Source of the DNA: Candidatus Saccharimonadota bacterium
GTDB taxonomy: Bacteria > Pseudomonadota > Gammaproteobacteria > Enterobacterales > Enterobacteriaceae
Assembly (NCBI RefSeq): GCF_012571345.1
Contig: NZ_CP046218.1
Span: 237,301-245,628 of the forward strand
Length of the DNA: 8,328 bases
Direction of reading: 5' to 3'
In this document: positions 1 to 5,952 of the stretch, one piece after another
Layout of the letters: every line of letters starts with the position of its first letter
Position numbering within the stretch: position 1 is the first letter of the stretch
Program-made: the position numbers and the translations under genes
The notes under the pieces: generated by a model
What the model was told of the DNA's origin: nothing
The model's database searches: none
The model's input: only the letters and a program-made list of their open reading frames with translations

Positions 1-128
1 TAAAATATATAAAATAATTTTATTTTAATAATGCTTATAAGTGTTATTTATTAAATCACAGTAATAATTTTTTATTAAAAATTATAGTTGATAGTTATAT
101 TTTTAATAATTTTATATTATTTACTATA

Positions 129-158
129 AAATATTTACTAATATAATAGTAAATATTT
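129..158. repeat. Inverted repeat with a 12-bp perfect stem (AAATATTTACTA / TAGTAAATATTT) and a 6-nt loop, ~33 nt downstream of the bolA stop
   Basis: Read directly. There is only one G:C pair and no U-run follows on either strand, so it is not a canonical intrinsic terminator. Confidence 0.4.
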
Positions 159-190
159 AAATATTGGTTATATTGATAATATTAAAGATA

Positions 191-460
191 TTAAATATCT
201 TTGTTGTGTATAATATTATTCCATTCTATGATGGAATATGTATTTAATGATATAGCATGTATTTGTTGCATGATATTTTTAGTTAATATTTTATAAATTA
301 AACGATGTCTTTGTATTAAATTTTGTGTCGTAAAATGTTCACATACAATAGTAATTTGTAAATGTGTAATGACATTACTATCATTACTATTATTTTTAAT
401 ATGTAGAAATATAGGATTTAATACATTTTTTATTTTTTTTTCTATTGTTTTAATCAGCAT
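191..460 (-). CDS. bolA: BolA-family protein (89 aa)
   Basis: The ORF translation aligns along its length with E. coli BolA. [20 protein letters not shown] matches [30 protein letters not shown] matches NRHRMIYSTL, and [14 protein letters not shown] matches VHALALHTYTIKEW. It has an ATG start at 460 and a TAA stop at 191-193. It is shorter than E. coli BolA at the C-terminus. Confidence 0.85.
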   Translation of the reverse strand: [89 protein letters not shown]

Positions 461-494
461 AATGATATAGTAATTTTAAAATTTATGTTTTTGA

Positions 495-516
495 ATAACT
501 ATCGGTATATAGTTAT
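495..516. repeat. Inverted repeat with an 8-bp stem (ATAACTAT / ATAGTTAT) and loop CGGTAT, immediately downstream of the suhB stop and upstream of bolA
   Basis: Read directly in the 61-nt suhB-bolA spacer. No T-run follows it on the minus strand. Confidence 0.35.
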
Positions 517-521
517 AAATG

Positions 522-1295
522 TTATGTAATATTGTTTTTCGATAAAAATATTTGTAATATATTTGAATGTGCTGCTAAAATATTTCTTGAATGTTTATAA
601 TAACAATGACCTGTTAAGTTAGTTATTAAACCACCAGACTCCTTTATAAGTAACTCTCCAGCTAAAAAATAATAAAAATGTGATATATTATCATATATAT
701 AACAATTAATTTTATTTGCAGATAAGTATGCTAGGTCTAAAGCAATAGAACCACACATACGTAATATAATAATCTTTCCAATAAAGATTTTCATGATATT
801 AATATATTTATTATTAATTAGATAATTTGTATTTACAGTAATAAATAATGTAGAATTATAAATTTTGTCATGACAACGTAATTTATAACCATTTAGTTGA
901 GTATTTTGTCCTCTAATAGCAGTAAATAAATCATTTCTTAATGGATCATATACTAAAGACAATTCTGTTTTCCCTTTTATTAAAATAACTATAGATGTGC
1001 AAAAATGTGGAAATTTTTTAATGAAATTCTCTATACCATCTAAAGGATTAATAATCCATATGGTTTTTTGCCATTGTAATATTAACAATTCTTTTTGATA
1101 CTTAATGTTAAATGATTGATGATATGTATTCTGTAAAGTACGAATAATCATTCTACTAATCATAAATATCATATTTTTTATAACAATATTATAATCTTCA
1201 TCATTAAAATACTGTTTTTGTTTTTCATAATATGTTAAAATTATATCTCCTATTTGACGTGCTATACGTATAGCAACATTTAACATTGGACGCAT
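522..1295 (-). CDS. suhB: SuhB (inositol-monophosphatase-fold protein; Nus-factor/rRNA antitermination partner), 257 aa, with degenerate phosphatase motifs
   Basis: It is collinear with E. coli SuhB from the first residues (MRPMLNVAIRIAR vs MHPMLNIAVRAAR). It also matches through FIKKFPHFCTSI, VYDPLRNDLFTAIRGQ, QLNGYKLR, GSIALDLAYLSA and AGELLIKESGG. It has an ATG start at 1293-1295 and a TAA stop at 522-524. See the finding on substitutions in the catalytic motifs. Confidence 0.93.
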   Translation of the reverse strand: MRPMLNVAIRIARQIGDIILTYYEKQKQYFNDEDYNIVIKNMIFMISRMIIRTLQNTYHQSFNIKYQKELLILQWQKTIWIINPLDGIENFIKKFPHFCTSIVILIKGKTELSLVYDPLRNDLFTAIRGQNTQLNGYKLRCHDKIYNSTLFITVNTNYLINNKYINIMKIFIGKIIILRMCGSIALDLAYLSANKINCYIYDNISHFYYFLAGELLIKESGGLITNLTGHCYYKHSRNILAAHSNILQIFLSKNNIT

Positions 1296-1457
1296 ATTTT
1301 ATTTTCTCATTAGTTGTATTTATGATAAAAAAATTTATTTTAAAATAATATGTCTACTATATATAAATGCGATATATATTGTAAAAAAATAATAATTTTT
1401 TATATTATAAATATAACCGTTTTTTAAGTAAAAATATACCATATAATTAAAAATATC

Positions 1458-1757
1458 ATGAATAAAAAAATAGAACAAAATAATAATATACAAAAACTAG
1501 AAACACAAATCAGATCTTATATAATAAATATTATTAATCCTATATTATTAAAACATGGTGGTTCTTTACAGTTAAAAACTGTAACAATAGAAAAAGTTGC
1601 TTTAGTAAAATTTGTAGGTGGTTGTCAAGGATGTGCTATGAGTCAACATACTTTAAATAATTGGATTGTAAAAGAATTATTAAATAATTTTACAGAATTA
1701 ACTAATGTTCAAGATATTACTATACATGATATAAATCATTTTACATATTATAAATAA
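1458..1757 (+). CDS. nfuA: Fe-S cluster carrier NfuA, C-terminal Nfu/NifU-like domain only (99 aa)
   Basis: INPILLKHGGSLQLKTVTIEKVALVKFVGGCQGCAMSQHTLNNWIVKELLNNFTELTNVQDITIH aligns with the C-terminal half of E. coli NfuA ([65 protein letters not shown]). The CxxC cluster-ligand motif is retained. The first canonical start is ATG 1458, and an in-frame TAA lies at 1425-1427. No coding capacity for the N-terminal A-type-carrier-like domain is present upstream. Confidence 0.85.
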   Translation: MNKKIEQNNNIQKLETQIRSYIINIINPILLKHGGSLQLKTVTIEKVALVKFVGGCQGCAMSQHTLNNWIVKELLNNFTELTNVQDITIHDINHFTYYK

Positions 1758-1893
1758 AAAAAATTTTTCAATAATAAATATTATAATATTTAATTTTATT
1801 AAAAAATAATTAATAATATATATTATGGTTAATATAAATGCATAACGATCCATATACAATATAAATATTTAATATTATTTATTAAAGACATAT

Positions 1894-1898
1894 AAGGA
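1894..1898 (+). promoter_or_regulatory. Shine-Dalgarno-like AAGGA, 9 nt upstream of the metA ATG
   Basis: The motif taAGGAatcatattt-ATG was read directly. It is one of the few purine-rich G-containing motifs in an otherwise A/T-only spacer. Confidence 0.45.
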
Positions 1899-1907
1899 AT
1901 CATATTT

Positions 1908-2804
1908 ATGCCTGTTATAGTTCCTCAACATCTACCGGTTATTAAAAACTTATCTAGTAAAAATTTATTAATTTTTTCTAATATGAAAAATAATATTCTA
2001 CAAAAATATTCATCATGTAAAATAATTAATATTGTTTTATTGAATTTAATGTATGATAAAATAAATACAGAGAATCAAATAATCAAAATACTATCACAGT
2101 CATCATCTCTTATAAAATTAACATTGTTAAATATTGATCATATTCCATCAAATAATATCAATACTAATATGCATATAAAAAATTTTTACACTACATTAAA
2201 TAAAATTTTTGATAAATATTATGATGGTTTAATTATTACAGGAGCACCGTTAGGACTTATAAACTTTACAGATGTAAGATATTGGGATGAATTTATTCGT
2301 GTAATATATTGGTCATTAGATCATGTAAAATCTATTTTATCTATTTGTTGGTCTGTACAAGCTATTTTATATATTTTATATCATATACCTAAAAATACGA
2401 ATTATAAAAAAATAATAGGTATATTTAAACATCAAATAGCAAACAAAAATCATTACTTAATACAAGGATTTGATGATTATTTTTTCGTACCTCATTCACG
2501 ATATGCGAATTTTTCTATTAATTTTATTAAAAAATACAAATATTTTGATATTCTATCATATTCGGAAAAAGCTGGTGTATATATATTTACAGATTATAAA
2601 TATATATTTGTGACAGGACATCCAGAATATGATCGTTATACTCTGGCAAAAGAATATAATGATTATATTAAAAAAAATATATATATTGATATTCCTTATC
2701 ATTATTTTATAAATAATGATATTACATCAAAACCTACTAATAGATGGAAAAGTCATGGATATTTATTATTTATGAATTGGATTTTTAATTTAATACACAT
2801 TTAA
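1908..2804 (+). CDS. metA: Homoserine O-succinyltransferase (298 aa)
   Basis: It is collinear with E. coli MetA. MPVIVPQHLPV matches MPIRVPDELPA. LNLMYDKINTENQ matches LNLMPKKIETENQ and keeps the Lys47 equivalent. DGLIITGAPLGL is conserved. ICWSVQA matches VCWAVQA and keeps the acyl-enzyme Cys142 equivalent. PHSRYA and FVTGHPEYD are conserved, keeping the His235/Glu237 equivalents. It is about 11 aa shorter than the E. coli protein at the C-terminus. Confidence 0.95.
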   Translation: MPVIVPQHLPVIKNLSSKNLLIFSNMKNNILQKYSSCKIINIVLLNLMYDKINTENQIIKILSQSSSLIKLTLLNIDHIPSNNINTNMHIKNFYTTLNKIFDKYYDGLIITGAPLGLINFTDVRYWDEFIRVIYWSLDHVKSILSICWSVQAILYILYHIPKNTNYKKIIGIFKHQIANKNHYLIQGFDDYFFVPHSRYANFSINFIKKYKYFDILSYSEKAGVYIFTDYKYIFVTGHPEYDRYTLAKEYNDYIKKNIYIDIPYHYFINNDITSKPTNRWKSHGYLLFMNWIFNLIHI

Positions 2805-2855
2805 TGATATATGTTATGTTTATTCATTATATAATATTTAATAAATATAGGATTG

Positions 2856-2860
2856 AAGGA
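2856..2860 (+). promoter_or_regulatory. Shine-Dalgarno-like AAGGA, 7 nt upstream of GTG 2868 (the preferred proS start)
   Basis: The motif gAAGGAatatatt-GTG was read directly. The spacing is canonical for GTG 2868. The motif lies inside the ORF if the TTG at 2853 is used instead. Confidence 0.45.
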
Positions 2861-2867
2861 ATATATT

Positions 2868-4577
2868 GTGCTAGCTGATAAATATTTATTTTGTACAATT
2901 AAAAAAAAAAATATAAAACACATAAATAGTTATGTTCTTATGTTAGAAGCAGGAATTATTAAAAAACTATCTTCTGGAATTTATTACTGGTTACCTACAG
3001 GTTTAAAAATCATAAAAAATATAAATAAAATTATAAGACAAGCTATGGATTTAGTTAATGCAATAGAGATATCATTACCTATATTACAGCCTATTAATAT
3101 TTGGTTACAAAGTGGTCGTAACCTTGATTACGGTATGGAATTATTTAAAATTATAGATAGAAAAAAAAATATTTTTATATTAAGTCCAACTAATGAAGAA
3201 GTAATAACATATTGTGTATTAAATGAAATTAAATCTTACAAAGATTTACCAATACATTTATATCAAATACAAACAAAATTTAGAGACGAGATTAGACCTA
3301 GATTAGGTAGTGTACGTGCAAAAGAATTTATTATGAAAGATAGTTATTCTTTTCATTTAAATAAAAATTGTTTACAACAAACATATAGTAATATGTTACA
3401 TACTTATAAAAACATCTTTAATTATATGAAATTAGATTATGTAATAGTTATAGCTGATAATAATATTATTGGTGGTACTATTTCGCATGAGTTTCATTTA
3501 TTTTCTGAACATGGTGAAGATTGTATAGTACATACTCCTAACTATGATTATATTGCTAACATAGAATATGCTACATACTTATTACCACAACAAAAAAATA
3601 TTAACAAAAAAAACATTTTAGAAAAGCAAATTATTACTAGCACAAAAACATTATTAGATATATGTAAAGATAATAATATATCCACAAAAAAAATTATTAA
3701 TACTTTTATTATTAAAAATAATAATGAAGCAAATTCTTTTGTTATGATTTTAATTCGTTATGGTTATAAATTTAATATAAATAAATTTATAAAACAAAAT
3801 CCATTATTTATATCATGTAAAATTTTATCAGAAATAGAAATTAAAAATATTTTTCATATACATAATATTAATGCTTTAGGACCGTATAATATGAATATTC
3901 CTATTATTGCAGATTATTCTGTCATTAATATGTATAATTTTATTATTGGTATTAATAATAATCAATATTATATTAATGCGAATTGGAATATAGATTTAAT
4001 ATTGCCTAATAATATTCAAGATATTAGATATATTACATGTCATGATTTAGCTCCTAATAGTAATAAATTAGTCTTCACAAAAAGTATTGAAATAGCACAT
4101 ATTTTTCAATTAGATACAAAATATTCTAAAGCAATGAATTTATATGTTTATGATATGTATGGGATAAAGCAATATTTATATATGGGATGTTACGGTATTG
4201 GTGTTTCTCGTATAATTGCTGCTATTATAGAACAGCATCATGATAAATATGGTATTATTTGGCCAACTACCACTTTAGCACCATTTAAAATAGCTATTGT
4301 CCCTATTAATATGCATAGTAATGATGCCATTAAAAATATGGCTTATACTTTATATAAAAAATTTTTAAAACATCAATTAGAAACATTATTAGACAATAGA
4401 ATAATTAGTTTTGGTAAAATGTTAACTGATATTGATTTAATTGGTATACCACATATAATTATTATTAGTGATAAACATTTAAAAAATAAGAATATAGAAT
4501 ATAAATCTAGAAATACTAATACTAAAATAATTTTATCTATAAAAAATATTGTTTCATATATTTTAAATCAAGAATAA
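2868..4577 (+). CDS. proS: Prolyl-tRNA synthetase, bacterial type with INS insertion domain
   Basis: Full-length collinearity with E. coli ProRS. Class II motifs are present: YQIQTKFRDEIRPRLGSVRAKEFIMKDSYSFH, GGTISHEF and MGCYGIGVSRIIAAIIEQHHDKYGIIWP. The anticodon-binding region includes DIDLIGIPH. The ORF track opens at TTG 2853, but GTG 2868 gives MLADKYL, which aligns residue for residue with E. coli MRTSQYL and has the SD-like AAGGA upstream. The TAA stop is at 4575-4577. Confidence 0.96.
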   Translation: MLADKYLFCTIKKKNIKHINSYVLMLEAGIIKKLSSGIYYWLPTGLKIIKNINKIIRQAMDLVNAIEISLPILQPINIWLQSGRNLDYGMELFKIIDRKKNIFILSPTNEEVITYCVLNEIKSYKDLPIHLYQIQTKFRDEIRPRLGSVRAKEFIMKDSYSFHLNKNCLQQTYSNMLHTYKNIFNYMKLDYVIVIADNNIIGGTISHEFHLFSEHGEDCIVHTPNYDYIANIEYATYLLPQQKNINKKNILEKQIITSTKTLLDICKDNNISTKKIINTFIIKNNNEANSFVMILIRYGYKFNINKFIKQNPLFISCKILSEIEIKNIFHIHNINALGPYNMNIPIIADYSVINMYNFIIGINNNQYYINANWNIDLILPNNIQDIRYITCHDLAPNSNKLVFTKSIEIAHIFQLDTKYSKAMNLYVYDMYGIKQYLYMGCYGIGVSRIIAAIIEQHHDKYGIIWPTTTLAPFKIAIVPINMHSNDAIKNMAYTLYKKFLKHQLETLLDNRIISFGKMLTDIDLIGIPHIIIISDKHLKNKNIEYKSRNTNTKIILSIKNIVSYILNQE

Positions 4578-4584
4578 TTATTCT
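4571..4584. repeat. 14-bp perfect palindrome AGAATAATTATTCT centred on the abutting proS and tilS stop codons
   Basis: Read directly. proS ends ...GAA TAA at 4577. The tilS stop is the reverse complement of TTA at 4578-4580, preceded on its own strand by GAA. The confidence refers to the existence of the repeat. Any function, such as a weak 5-bp-stem hairpin, is unproven. Confidence 0.6.
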
Positions 4585-5897
4585 GTTTTTACCCATGTAA
4601 TATATAGAGATTGGTCATTTGTAATTACTTTCCCATGTATAGTTATTAAATGATTTTCTAAATCTGCAATTAAATAGTTATTATAAAATAATAATGGGAT
4701 TTGGTTTCTTTGATAAAATGGAATGGCTAATTTATTCCATATATGATTAATATTTATTTTTTTAAAATTATTTTGGTAAAAATAAATCTCTTGATGGCTA
4801 TAAAATTTAACATATATATGTTCGTTTATATATGGGCAACGTACTGCTATACTATTTTTAATATCTTTTTTAACAATACATAATTTACCTAAATTATATG
4901 GTAAAATTAAATCATAACGAATATCATACCAGCACAATACATTTTTTTGTAAAATAGGAATATAATTTAAACAAAATAAATATGTATCATTTTTACAAAT
5001 TATTTTATTATATATTATAATTTTAGATGTTAATTTTCTAGCACATATTACTTCATTCCATATTAAAGATAATGTTTTATATGTAATCATATAACATTTA
5101 TTATATTCTAACCATTTTCTTAAAATGGCATATCGTTTATATACGCTATAAAATTTTAAAGGTGTAAAAAATATACTTTTATTATTTTGTATAAGATTAT
5201 TTAAAATAGGATTTAAAAATTCATTTAATAATGTTTCTTGTTCTTGACATATTTTTGCAGATCTAATAATAGTTTTTCTAAAAAAAGGCCATCTGATATT
5301 GATTTGTGGTAAAATAATATTTCTTAAAAAATTACGGTCATATCTATTATCTATATTACTAGGATCATCAATCCAAGTAATATTTTGTTGTATAGCATAC
5401 CATAAGATTTTTTTTTTAGGAATATGTAGTAAAGGACGAAATATTTTCATTTTTTTAATACTATTTTGTTCTGTAATACCTGATAATCCCTTTAGTCCAC
5501 TACCTCTTTTTAAAGCTAACAGGATTGTTTCACATTGATCATCAAGATGATGTGCTGTCACAAGATATTCATCAGCTTTAATTAGATTATTTAAGATTTT
5601 GTATCTTTTTATTCTTGCTTCTTCTTCTATATTACTTTTTTTATATATAAAAATATTTTTATATATAAAATCAACATGCCATTTTTTGCATATCAGAAAA
5701 CATTTATTAATCCATGTTTTAGATATATCATTTAAATTATGATTAATATGTACTGCTCTTATTGTAATACTAGGATATTTTTTACGTAATTGTACCAAAT
5801 CATATAATAATACAGAAGAATCTACTCCACCACTATATGCTATTAAGATATTATGTAGTTTATATAAAATATGTTGTATTTTTTTGGAAATTAACAT
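4578..5897 (-). CDS. tilS: tRNA(Ile)-lysidine synthase (439 aa)
   Basis: The N-type ATP-pyrophosphatase PP-loop is present: ILIAYSGGVDSSVLL vs E. coli ILVAFSGGLDSTVLL. Other matches are RAVHINH, VTAHHLDDQCETILLALKRGSGLKGLSG, RPLL, WIDDPSN and YDRNFLR. The C-terminal domain is retained (IPLLFYNNYLIA vs TPLLFYGETLIA). It has an ATG start at 5895-5897. Confidence 0.95.
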   Translation of the reverse strand: MLISKKIQHILYKLHNILIAYSGGVDSSVLLYDLVQLRKKYPSITIRAVHINHNLNDISKTWINKCFLICKKWHVDFIYKNIFIYKKSNIEEEARIKRYKILNNLIKADEYLVTAHHLDDQCETILLALKRGSGLKGLSGITEQNSIKKMKIFRPLLHIPKKKILWYAIQQNITWIDDPSNIDNRYDRNFLRNIILPQINIRWPFFRKTIIRSAKICQEQETLLNEFLNPILNNLIQNNKSIFFTPLKFYSVYKRYAILRKWLEYNKCYMITYKTLSLIWNEVICARKLTSKIIIYNKIICKNDTYLFCLNYIPILQKNVLCWYDIRYDLILPYNLGKLCIVKKDIKNSIAVRCPYINEHIYVKFYSHQEIYFYQNNFKKININHIWNKLAIPFYQRNQIPLLFYNNYLIADLENHLITIHGKVITNDQSLYITWVKTE

Positions 5898-5952
5898 AAT
5901 TAAATTATTATTTATGTAGTTATATATTATTTTAAAGTATATATAATAAAAA

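Noticed and set aside
1-190. The left-edge 190 nt was examined for a small RNA gene, a DnaA-box cluster or origin, or a truncated gene.
   Set aside because: There is no stretch with elevated G+C as would be expected for a structured RNA. There is no TTATCCACA-like box and no ORF beyond a few codons. It is treated as an AT-rich spacer, and the leading TAA may or may not be the stop of an upstream gene outside the window.
1379-1406. A sigma70-like promoter candidate upstream of nfuA: TTGTAA, a 16-nt spacer, then TATATT.
   Set aside because: In A/T-only spacers, TATAAT-like and TTGxxx-like hexamers occur every few bases. The match has no discriminating power without transcription start site data.
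1350-1427. A 25-codon mini-ORF (MSTIYKCDIYCKKIIIFYIINITVF) in the suhB-nfuA spacer. It is in the same frame as nfuA and has a CxxxC pair.
   Set aside because: I considered it as a remnant of the lost NfuA N-domain or as a leader peptide. It shows no similarity to the E. coli NfuA N-terminal domain. The shared frame has a 1-in-3 chance expectation, there is no SD, and the composition is typical of translated AT-rich spacer.
1775-1792. An 18-bp perfect palindrome, TAAATATTATAATATTTA, in the nfuA-metA spacer. It could be an operator or a protein-binding site.
   Set aside because: It is composed only of A and T. With two-letter composition, each symmetric pair matches about half the time, so a 9-pair palindrome is expected roughly once in the ~700 nt of spacer present. 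It has no resemblance to MetJ boxes or to other operators known to me.
1825-1864. Two tiny overlapping ORFs (MVNINA and MHNDPYTI) upstream of metA, considered as attenuator leader peptides.
   Set aside because: They have no run of Met codons or other regulatory codons, no alternative terminator/antiterminator structures, and no SD. Methionine genes in Enterobacterales are not known to use leader-peptide attenuation.
2853-2867. TTG 2853 as the proS start, as given in the ORF track.
   Set aside because: There is no spaced ribosome-binding motif, and it adds five residues with no counterpart in E. coli ProRS. GTG 2868 is preferred, though TTG cannot be excluded without experimental data.
5299-5538. 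A 79-aa ORF on the + strand, antisense to tilS.
   Set aside because: It lies entirely inside the well-supported tilS CDS. Its product is low-complexity and hydrophobic with no recognisable motif, and it has no SD or promoter context. It is a shadow ORF opposite a conserved, slightly less AT-rich stretch.
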